From Podospora anserina (Eukaryota), in the NCBI GenBank assembly GCA_017654855.1, contig CM030337.1, forward strand, positions 1,550,001 through 1,614,000: DNA of 64,000 bases, given 5' to 3'. Positions 12,763-24,238 of this stretch are shown here, piece after piece. Each line of letters starts with the position of its first letter. Positions within the stretch are counted from its first letter, which is position 1. Position numbers and translations under genes: made by a program. A model generated the notes under the pieces. It made no database searches, was not told the origin of the DNA, and saw only the letters and a list, made by a program, of their open reading frames with translations.

Positions 12763-13857
12763 ATATGTTACCTGATTTTTCTTGACCACCTGCCCCGGGA
12801 TGAAAGATTGAGAAAACAAGAGAAAAGAATTGGTATAAACCCCCTGACCCAGCCAGCAACATATGGCCACCCCTCCGTCACCGTTGTGTTGTTGTCGTTT
12901 CAAGTTGAAGATAAAAGTATGATGAAACCCATAATTGAATAAAACGGGTTGGATGAACAACCCCCAAAATGGAAAGGATGAGTTGAATTGATGATTGACA
13001 ACGTCCCAAAATGCGGGGAGAAGGCGGGGTGAAAACATGGGGTAACGGGGGGCCGGCCCGAAAACCCCGGTCCCAAGGACAATCCGTTCAATTTGCGACC
13101 GCCGACTCCAAAGAAAACGGAGGTGTGTGTGATTAGCCCGGAAAAGGATTCGCACTCACTCCCACACTCTCACACACACCATCATCATCGTCCGGGCCTT
13201 GTTTTCTGCGAAGACGGGGAACGTGTGTTTGCTGAGAAATTGCACCGAAAAGTTGTATCGTTTGTTATGCGGAAAATGTCGGTGTTGTTTTGTCCACGAG
13301 ATGCGCACCTATCGGGGCACCCGCCCCGGCGCGTGGTAACCCAGGCCCGCTCGAGTCGTCCGATGGATGAACCGGCTTGTTTTCGCCTTGGACGTCCACC
13401 ACGCCCCAAGTCTTTTCCCCTCGGTTTTGCATGTGTCATTGTTGTCCATTTCCTCCCCCCGTCTTTATCGGACCCGATGTCGGGTTTGTGATATCGGACA
13501 ACGTAGGAACCTGACAGCAACTGGGGTACCAAAGAATTGCGCAAGTTATGTGACGGTTTTTCGATTTTCGTAGATGAAGGTCCTTGCTGATATCGCCTTC
13601 AGACGATGCATGCTCCGGCGGGATGCTAGGTGTTCGTACCAAATGTGCAGCGGCTACATGTGCACCTTCAGTAATAAGCGAATGGCGGCGTGGGGTCTTT
13701 TGCAACCCGGCAAGCGGCTGTTTTTCCCACAAGACCGGAAACGTGGTTCATGGGAGCGTTAGGCGAGACATATATGTCAGTGTTGGTAATCAGGGCTGGT
13801 GATGCGGGTTCGGGGTGCGGGTGTCCGGACTGGGCTGTCCTTGATTGCCGCAAGGGC

Positions 13858-16109
13858 TCACCCGCTGAGGTAGGTCCGACGTCTGACTTCGGCTTCCTTG
13901 ATGATTTCAGCCGAGAGGCTCAGACTTGGCGACAGGACAGCGTAGCGTTCGATCTCCATGACGACGTCGTTGATGATTTGATCAATGGTATCGCGGTGGG
14001 GAACCAGGCTCCAGAGGATGCTCGACAGTGACGGCGACATGGTGGCGCCCATGACCAAAAGTGTCTGTGATACTATGGACAGAGCACCCTGCCAAAGGTA
14101 CGGCATATGTCCGGCGTGACTGCGGCCAATTCGTTAGATTAACTGTCAAGAGGCGCTGCTGACCAATGGGAAAGACGGGAAAAAAAGACTTACTGCGCAG
14201 TAATGTGCTCCAGTTGCCGGATTGACGCTTCTAGGCACTTTGTGCAAGCCTCCCGCACCGAGGGGTCCAACACCGCTTGCTCGTTGTCAAGGACCGCCAG
14301 AATATAAGGCCGATAGATGATGGTTCGGCAGGCGAAGAAGCGTAATCTCAGCACCGTCTGCACCGGATCGGGAAGCATCGTCCGTGTGAAGGGAAACTGC
14401 AGCGGTAGCGGCAAGCTCTCATACCACTGTGTCAGCTGGAAGTCAAGCTCTGCCACGACCGGCTCCAAGCTTGTTGTTGATGCCATGGAATCCTTCGAGT
14501 AGATGAGCTGACTGACGCGGTTGAGCAGCCTCCTCAGTGCAATCTCGGCCAGGAAATACCACAACTCGTCGCGTCCAACTGCTTCCTGCTCATCGCCCTC
14601 GAACCCGCAGGGAAGACCAACATTCTCCTCAAATGCAACCACACCAGAATGGGGGAGGTCCAATTCGGCCAATAAATCGCTTTCGAAGAGAAGTGAGTTC
14701 CAGTAAATTCTTTCGATCAGCTCCCTCTGATCAGCGGGCACTCTACTCGGCGCCATGAGCAAAAGCTGCAGTTTCGTACTTGTCGTGCAAAGCAAGTTCC
14801 ATGCCTCCAGCGGTCGAACAAGGTAAAACAGATAAGCAGCAGCCAGCAAGTGACACTGTGCTGCGAGCACACTGTTGGACGTCATCATGCCTGGCAGCAG
14901 AGACCAAGCTGCGGTGAAATACTGAAGTCCGGGAGGGTCCTCGTGGGGTACAATCCTCGAGATGCTGCCTCTCGAGCTAGCCTGGCCCAGGGCCAGCACC
15001 AACAGCACAATGCAACTCTCTGGTCCTTCTCTGAAACCGTTTGATAGCGCTATCCTGTAGTGGCTCCTCCACGTGTATGGGTTGACGCAGGCGTACCAGA
15101 TGTTGACTCTGTCAAAGTAGGCTTCGATGTAGGCATTCGTATTGGAAAGGTCGACGCAGGGAGTCTTGGCGAGAGAGTGCAGCGGCTCACGGGCCATCTC
15201 AAGCTGCAGGAGAATTTGAGGGTCGTACGGTCGTGATACCAAATCGCGGATCATGGGCCACTGCAGCAGATGCAGAGCCGCATTCGTGTGCACCTTTGGC
15301 ATGGTCGAAATATTGTTAGTGGCTGTGGCGGACCATGTCCCAAGTCCACCGCTGGGAATGACGGACACAAAGTTGGCGGCATTGGACCCGATTCCCATCA
15401 AGTTGTCACCGCTGAGAGCTGTCCCATTGCTCATATTTGGCGAATCATGAGACATGCCCATGCCATTGGGGTGGCCCACCATGTTCATCTGGAGCAGGTT
15501 CTCGATGCGGTTCAAGCGCTCCAGGATAAGCTTGTCGCCGGCATCCAGCTTGATGCCGGGCTCGCGATAAATGCACTCGGCACCCAACTCGGTACATAGC
15601 TTGCACTTTGGCTTCGTGCCATCGCATCGTGACTTCCTCGAACGGCAAACCTCGCACTATAAAATCCTGTCAGTAACCTTCCCGGCTGGTCCTGTGTTCT
15701 CGATTCAACGTACAGCGATGGTTGCCCTCCGCCTTGGATAGTCGACGCCCGCATCGGTATTCCGCCTTTTAAGAGGGTTGATACCCTCATCGCTCGGTGC
15801 CTTCTGCATCCCATTCGATTCTGGCCTGTTGTCTGATGACTGTGAAAGATTGCGCGCCTTCTGCGCCGAACCGAGTATGCCTTCCCTGCTGAAGCTAGGA
15901 GTCCGAGCCGACTTGAGAGATGTTGGTGACTTGAGAGAGTTTACGCCACCGCCGTTAATCTGGACCTGGGCCAGAAGCTGGGGCGAGGGCACCTCGATGG
16001 TGAAGTCCCTGTTCGGCAATGGAAACCTTCCTACAACAGTAGCACTGGCAGCCGCAGTCATAGTGGCCGTGGAAGAATGTGGAGAGTCACCGTTGGACGA
16101 TGGTGACAT
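13858..16109 (-). CDS. Zn(II)2Cys6 fungal transcription factor with middle homology region, about 706 aa; exons 16109..15714, 15656..14194, 14119..13858
   Basis: YPRRRATIA|CEVCRSRKSRCDGTKPKCKLCTELGAEC spans intron 15657..15713 (GTACGT, ACTGAC, TAG). Intron 14120..14193 (GTAAGT..CAG) is in frame. ERIYWNSLLFESDL is a fungal-TF-type motif. The first in-frame ATG is at 16109; the start is somewhat uncertain. Confidence 0.9.
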
Positions 16110-19100
16110 GCTGTTGGCACTCGGTACGTTGGTGAGTGCGTCCAAAGAGACAGACCGGTGATGCTCGTGATGTGTTCCGATAGATATGGGTGTTATTAGA
16201 GAATCCCGGGCTTCCGTGTTTCGTTCGAGGTAATCAACCGGCGGATAACAGCAACCGCTTCCCGCTTCGACGGTTCTGTCGACTCAGACACCGCAAACAC
16301 CAAAGACACAAGCACTCTGTTGTTGTTGTCCAGCTCGCATCATCAAGCGGCGACGACCAGAGGGAGTGAGGTGGAGGAGATGGAAAGGAACGGAGGTACG
16401 CTGGGCCGTATGTTGGTGATGGGTGGTGATAGCAAAAGTAAAGGGGGAGGGCAGGTCTTTTCGGGAACTGTGGGATGTGAAGGATTCATATGGGGGTAAG
16501 CTCGCCTAGAGGTAGCGTGAGCGGCAGCCCTTGTAGAATAAAACCTAAGACCGGTATGAAGAGGAGGGAACAGGTACAACAGATGCACCCTTAGGTGGCT
16601 TCGGAGATACCTACCTCTTGAAGGGGGGGGGGTGGGCGTCTGAACTAACGGTGACTTGATGCTTTGTGGGGGAAATTTGCCCTGGTCCTGTTGATGAGTT
16701 CCCAAGGCCGGGTCACAGTGATCCGCGGTGTAGCTATCGTGATGCTGATACCCCCTTGAGTGTACCGTTGGATTGGCAGCGGCTCCAGGTTAGCTTGCGG
16801 CAAACCCCATCGCTTTTCACTCACGCGATGGACTCCAAAATTCGTCGTCCAAAACGGAGACGGGACGGTGGTCTACAGGGGAGCCCCATGCGCTAGGCTC
16901 GACGAGGGTGGGAACCGCGAACGACCGATGGACTACGACCCCCTGCTCAGCGTTGCAGTGACGCTGAGCGAAAGCGCCATGTGGAGTGGCAGAAAAGTGG
17001 TCTCTGATGGTGCTGTGGGTGTGCCCCGGATCTGGCGCGTGCTGGATCATGGAGGATGCATCGAGGGCCGAGGTCCTCGAGGGAATCAGGAGCATGGGGA
17101 CGTGAAGCGAGCCGCGAGCAGCCGGTGGTCTGGCTGTCACCTGTGTCACCAGCTGAGAGAAGTCATCAGCAAGGGACAAGCAGGAGGGACGTCTGTGTTG
17201 AAGGGGTGGGGCCGGACACAGCATTTGCGGAGAAGGGGGAAAGAAGGAAAATGAGATGGATCATTGGAGGGAGGAGTCGCAAATCAAAAACGCGGGGGTG
17301 GGGTTCCCCAAGGAATCTCCAAAACCGTTCGTTCACTTCTTGGGATTGGGCTGGGGAAGACAGCAAAAGCATTGACCACTGACCGCAGGTGCAGGTGGTC
17401 GGTCTGCTCCGCTCGTTCCGTTGCCTGTTTGAGCTTCCATCATCCAAAAGTATAGGTAGGTAAGCAGAGTGACAGAGGGTATGTTGAACGAGGCATTGAC
17501 AAAGTGCCTTATAAATGAGACTTACGTGGACTGCCCGTCTCGGCACAGACAGACAGACAGACACCTACCTACTACCGTAACACGTACTCGTACTGACCAG
17601 GGCCAGGACAGCGGCGCTAACTCATGTAATAGTATCGTGTACCGCGAGGGCTAGCCACGACTGCCATGGCGGTGAATGAAACTGCAAAGGTTAGCCGATC
17701 AGCTGAAAAGCTCCAGATCACTCGCCAGGCTCTTGCTGCAACTCCAGCAGACAGACAGGGCAGCAGGGACTTTGACATGACAGCACGTATGAAGATGTCC
17801 ATGGGTTGTCGGCATCACCAGCCGGATGAAGGGAAATGGTGCGCACGTTCACTCATAGTCTTACTTTTCTTGAGTCAACACACGAACCCGAACCCGGGCC
17901 CTGGAAGACCTCTCATGTAAGACACACTGAAGGCCATGTGGAGGTAATCATCGTGGACCTGCATCCCCGGTTTGATCTGCAAAAACATCCCCAGAAATGA
18001 CAGCCAATAGCCCCAGTATTCTCAATCCAGCTCCTCCATCAAGAAGCAGCAGTACAATCGTGTACATTGACCCCGCATCTTCGCTTCCAGTCAGTCATCC
18101 AATCACCAACAGTCCGGACTTTGACGGCATGATCACCAGCTCACCCATCCCCCCCCCTCTGAATACTCTGTTAATTCTTGACTCGTGTGTGTGTTGATGT
18201 TGGTTACGAAGAGTTTAGGTGGTTGTACCGGCCTTATAAGAGCGAGTGGTAAGGTCGTGCTTCTACCAGGGACCCCTTCACATTAATACAAGCGCGCCAT
18301 ACCGTAAGGCTTGATAAAACCTTGCAATTGTATTTAGCATAAATTCAACAACTGCCAGCGTCGCTCCTGGTAATCTCTGGGCTCGACGAATCGCCTTGTT
18401 CCCATGCTCGGGCCCTCCGCACTGTCCGCCGCGAAGAACTGTGGTGAGGAGCAGAGAGTTCGAGAAGGCCACGAAAGAACTCCACACCACACGGAGCATC
18501 GTCTTGGAACAAAGCTGTTCGTCATGATCCTCGTCAACCTACTAGGCTGGTGGTGGTGGCAGGTACCTGCGTCCTGGATGTGTCGATACGTACGATACAA
18601 GCACACCCACACCACTCTGCCAACAAAAAGATCACCTCGGGAGTCGATCGAGCATCGTCTTGTAGGCGGCAAACCGGTGGATGTGGACGGTCAGGTGGTG
18701 ATCAGTTCCCATTCCGCCTCTGCGGCCGTATATGACTCTTCTCATCAACGGGCTTCTTTGCCTTCCCTTCTGGTGGATGAACAGGATCTCGTGAACATTC
18801 AACACGATGGCCCGCTCCACCGCATACTTGCCACCGCCGCCGACAAGCTGCGTGGCTGCCTCGACTGCCTAAGGGTCCGTCCTATTTCGGGTAACCGAGA
18901 GATTGCTGATATTGAGGGCTCGATAGAAGGGTGGTGGACCGCTATATTGGGAACCAAGTTTTGGCCCTCTTCCTTCTCGACTGTCAACTTTCGTTTCCTG
19001 CCGTGCGACCACTGGAAGGACTCCCGTCTAGACTCATCAACAATGCTGGGCTGTCTGTGATGGGCAAATTGGCCCAAGCACGTCACATCTCCAAGCTCCC

Positions 19101-22100
19101 GTCTGTCGAAGCCGCAATCTTGCCTTGTTCGCGATACCAAAATCCCGCCCTCTGTGTGTCCTAAAGGGTACTTGTGGCTGTTTGTGGGGCGTATAGAAGC
19201 ACTGTCCATCCGATTCGGAGCAAGTCGCTTTTTCCAACGGCTCGAAACGTCAAAACGGGCGGTGGTAGACCGTTTCAGGATTAACTGGTAAATTACGGTC
19301 TGCACCGCGCACGTGCATCCGCAGCCCAGCCGAGTGCGTTAGTGGCTTGGGGAACAGCGACTTCCACTGGGCGCCCAAAAAGGCGGTCGGTCCGAATGCT
19401 TGCAATTAGACCCTTGTACACACCACCACCAGCCACACAACTTGGTGTGAAAGAGCCTCAGTACACGACATCTCCAGCTGTCGGGATACAGAAATATCGG
19501 GCTATCGAATATCAATAAGCCCCAGGTTTAACCCTATGCCAACCTCAACCCTAACAACTCGGACCAACTCCTCCACCAGCTAAAGATCTGGATACCTACC
19601 ACAGAACGATCCAGACAATTGTATTTCTGTCCTCGTACATTCGCTAACCACTCAGCCGCCCAAGAGTCCCTAGAAACGGCTCATCTGGCCCTCTTCAGCC
19701 TCGCTGTCCTCCTCCCGCTACGCTCCGCTCCCTTGGTGACCGTGTGGGAGGTCATGGGACTTTTCGATATATATTAACCGGCACACACAAACCCTGGCTA
19801 CACATGGCATACATTGACACCACCCGTCTAGACCCACGCTAGTCTAAGGTGCGGCTGCCGCAGACGATATTACACACGCCCGATTTCTCGTTGGAAAAGC
19901 ACGGATGTCGTCGATATTCGGACGTGGCCTGCATGTGCCATCCTGATTCTGTCGTCGACTGTCCACACCCGGTCTTACAAGACTTAGGGGTGCATATGTG
20001 GCCGTCATGCCGTCCTGTCTGTCTCTGTCTGTGGCTAATCAGTTCCCCCCCTCAAGCCAGCTTCCCCCGCTCTCACGACCCCACCCCGCCGAAACCGTTG
20101 TCACCGGTGCAGGTATGTAACGGGTAAGAATGCGGGCACGGGCACGGACGACGGGGGCGGGTGCGGGGACCGCTGTGAAGTAGAGTCACCGATCACCAGT
20201 CCGATTTGCTGGCCTGGCCCAACAAGACAGCAGTTCATCACGGCGCTTCAGGGGCGTGCCCTGCTCCCAAGATTCCAACGGTAGCTTACAGAGAGATTTG
20301 AAAGCTTCCTACCTTCTTCTTTGTGGGTAGTCGCGTCTAACCGCGCCTAGTGGTGTAGTATCACACGGGATGACATTTCGCAAACCTCACCACCAGGTAG
20401 ATCCGGATATACCAGTAGGAAATTACGCGGGCAGACGACTTCTTGTCCGGGAAGCTTGGTGAGTGCCGACAGCCGTGGCTTGCACCACCGGACACCCCCG
20501 GCAGGACCCCCAGGTCAACGAAGCCTTCGGTACCGGAAGACCACCTTGGTTTTTTCTGCTGTCCTCGGGGGCCAGCCCCACACCCCAAACTGGCTCTTCA
20601 TGTCCGGCGACCGCACCACCGCGCACTCGCTTCGCACCTGACGGGCCTTGGCTTTCGGCTTTGCTTACCCCTCTCTCTGTCCTTCCTCATCATGAGCACA
20701 CATCGCCATTGCCCCCATCTCGCGGGAACCAGACTCGACTCCTGAGCGGTTAGCCACCGCTGGCCATCTTAGCTGCAGGACACACGATTCGGATGACACG
20801 GCGGCAAAGTTCCCTGTTCTTTTGTCGAGGCCCCCCCTCCCTGGACCATGTTCTTCCGCGGGGCCCTTGGGTCACGGCTTACTTTTGTTGCTGCAGATTG
20901 TCACGATCCTTCCCGCTCACATGCTCGACACGGCACTCTTGTATGTGTGGAGGCGGGCGAGCATTATCATGGCACATGCCTGTATGCAATGTCGTCGTCT
21001 CTTTCAGGTCGAGAAGGGTTGGCAGATATGCTGCTGTATCCAACAACCGAGAATATTTTTGATCATACGAGCCATCTGGGCCACCCACAAATTCCACAGA
21101 CGAGAGCCTCACCCATGGTTCTATCACACAATAGGGACTCGTTGTAGTCCGAGCCTACCTAGCTGCCTCTGGTCATCATGTTCTTTATTGCTGTTCTTCA
21201 CCGTCAGAACTATTAACACGTAGACTAAGGTACTCAGCTTCTTGTATCAAATGAGGGGAATACCGGCAGCATCCGTGTTGCATATATCCCAAAACGGAAA
21301 CCTACGCCCGTCTTATTAGACGTCCCTCTTCGATATCTGACACAGCAGCTGCTACGTAGTTGAAAAAGAAGATGATCAACCGATCTGCACCGTTCGCCCG
21401 AGATGCCCACACGTGGTGATGATCTTTTGAGCGGACAGTAGCCCGGCTTGCTCCTTTTGGTAGGACCAATCCGGGGGAGTGTGGTTGTTACCTACCCACA
21501 GACAAAACCCTGATTTTTTTTAAAAACATATGTGAGAGCTGTGAGGTTTAGGTTACCAAGATCGGCCGGATTGGAAGTTTTGGGGGAAAAGATGGAGAAG
21601 AGACGCGGGATTGGGAGGGGGGGGGGGAGTGGTTGCTCCGGATCTCATCGTGAGGTGAACTCATAGGTTATTAGTTGTAGACGAGAACGTGATAAGTGAA
21701 GTTATGTGTGAAAAGCAACTTGGATACACTGAGTAGGCGTTTCTGTATACACCCATCGATAACTCATAACGTTTTTTTTTCCATGATTTGACGAATCCGG
21801 ACTTGAGATCACCACTCTTGAATGAAGCCACTAGCCATCGTGCATACCTACAAGACCATCGCCAAACCCTCACACCTTGAATCAATTTCCGGGCTCACAT
21901 GGACGATCTGTAAACCATGATGAATCAGTATAGCATTGCCCATTATATTCCACTCCTCAGGTTTTCACATGATCTTAGCGCTTCTCTGCCAGGTAGGTAA
22001 CTGTTCAATGGCGCCCAAAGCCACCTACATCACCACCTCCATACCCCACATTATGGTGAGACAGATCGATGTCCCTGTTGCTTCAAAACCGCTGCAACAA

Positions 22101-22860
22101 AAAGAAAAGAAAAAAAAAAGCTTGTGTAAACTCCCCAGGCATTGACACGTTCACAACATCAGACGAAAAACTGGGCGATCATTCATGTTCTGGTTTTACC
22201 CCAGATCTTTTTTGCAGATTGGTTCTCGGATCTGCATAGCTGCCGGCCGTGAGTTGCCGAGAGGGGAGAGGCATAAAGATGTCAGTGTTTCAGGTCTTTC
22301 TAGTGGGAATTGTGCGGGGGTGAGGTAGAGAGGTGAGGGGTGAAAAAGAGCTTCACTTGGCCCCCAACCTGACTTTTATGCGTCATTGGCTTTTCTGGTT
22401 GGAGCATGGAGGGATGAAAATGAAGTTCATGTGTGAGGTTGTTGGGTGGATTAACAACGAGCGGCATTGTAGTTGATGGGTTTATGACGTGAATGGCATT
22501 TAACTAGATGAGATCATGCGAGATACGCAGTCAGTCAGTCAGTCAGTCAGTTGAACAGAATATTTGCTGTGAAATGCAACTGTTTTCGCATCATGATATC
22601 TCCTATTAGTTCCTTTGGCCTTTCTATGTCTTTACAACATTATTCCCAACCACCCAACCAAAAACACCAAAAAACCAACCTCCCAACCCAACGCCGTCCC
22701 ATAAGTCCCAGATCCCGTGTTCTTAGATGCAGCCCCGGCCGGAATGCTCGTCGGACCATCCCCAGCATCATTTTCGCAGTCCGCATGCCCAAAAGAAGAC
22801 AAAAAATAAGCTACACCGAGCGCAGCCCACCCGCACCACACAGCGTATCCCATGCTTGGC

Positions 22861-24238
22861 TTACTCTTTGAAAATAACATGATTAACCTGCGTCGTCAAA
22901 ACCCTCTCCCCCACCGCCTTCCCAATCATCCCCGTCCCAACATCCCTCTCAAAGACATTAACCCTATTCTCCCCCCCGCAAGCAACAGCAACCAGACTCC
23001 CGTCCTTGTTGAAGCTGAAATGTCTCGGGAACGAGCCACCGGCCGGGGCACTCTGGACATGGGTCAACTCCCCAGTGGCAGGGTCGATGGAAAAGGTGTT
23101 CAGGGCGTCAGACGGGATCTTTGTGCCGTCGGCAACGGAGGTGTATTCTAGCGTGGTCTCGTTGCGGGTTGAGACGGTGAGGAATTTGTTGTTAGGCTGT
23201 GTATGTCGTGGTTAGAGTGGATTTTGAGAAGGGGGTGCGAAGGGGGAGCTTACAGAGATGGTAATTTCAGCACCGGAGGAGCCTTCGGCCGGTGCGTTCT
23301 CGCTGCCGTCGGTTCTGATGTTGAATTTCTCCGACAATGTCAAGCTGTTGGTGCCGTAAGAGACTTCGAACCCGAGGATGGAGACCTTCTTTTCGGCGAT
23401 GACGTAGAGGAAGGTCTTGTCGCCTGACTTGAGGAAGGCAGCGTGACGAGGCCCGGTTCCGTTCCCGAAGGGGTGTGCCGGCTGAGTTTGTCAATATTGT
23501 TGTTAAAAAGCAAGAGAAGAGAGAGGAATACATACCAGCTCTGTGAGTGTCAGCGCAGTTTGGTCGATGCTGAAGATATGGAGGACGTCGACGGAGAGAT
23601 CGGGGATGACAACGAATCCACCAGTGGGATCAACAACTGCTTGGTGAGGCCTGGAAGTGATGGTTTCGTTGTCGGCCCGTGGGGGAAAAGGTTTGTTGTC
23701 CAAGGATTGCAGCTTGGCTGGGTCCTCAATGTTGAAGACATCGAGAGAGGATGATGCACTGAGAATGGTTGTCAGTGGTTGGATTACTCTAATTTTTGTC
23801 ATGCAAGATGTATTCAAGGACCTACAAGTTGGAGGTGATAGCTCTCTCCCCATTCTCACCAAAGAGAGCAATATGCACTGGGCCTCCAGGCGTAGAACTG
23901 TTTCCCACAAAAGCGAGAGTGCCGTCCGTATTCACCTTAGCTGAGGTAAAAGCGCCAGGGCCGTCGTCGAAGTTCTCATTGATGCAATAATATTGATCGC
24001 CTCCAACGAGTGTTTGCCATGAAGGGTTAGTACCGCAGATGGACGAGATTTCGCCGACCTGCTCTAGGCCCTTGTTTCCCAGCTTCAATGTCGTAACTCC
24101 TCCCTTGACAATCTCTCCTGGGGAAGACTCAAACGGGTATGAAGACACAAGAAGAAGACCTTGCTTTGAACAAGCGGCTGCGGATGATAATGAGAGGCCG
24201 GCCGACAAGGCAGCAAAGATGCCGTGTGTGGCTCTCAT
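22861..24238 (-). CDS. Secreted lactonase-family 7-bladed beta-propeller (3-carboxymuconate cyclase / 6-phosphogluconolactonase-like), 399 aa; exons 24238..23826, 23758..23536, 23481..23254, 23196..22861
   Basis: N-terminal signal peptide; motifs GTNPSW, GGPVH, RPHQAVVDP, PDL, GTGPRH, FPRHF. Three canonical GT-AG introns restore the frame. Confidence 0.88.

Noticed and set aside
13858..16109. Assigning a specific gene name to the Zn2Cys6 TF
   Set aside because: I cannot confirm orthology from memory; reciprocal BLAST is needed.
18404..19305. Overlapping 218-aa and 168-aa ORFs in the TF upstream region
   Set aside because: No recognisable domain, codon bias or coherent splice structure.
19528..19556. 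Telomere-like words (TTAACCCTAT, CAACCCTAAC) as a possible telomerase RNA template
   Set aside because: Short imperfect matches expected by chance, with a similar word near 1277; I could not recognise any pseudoknot or CR4/5 element.
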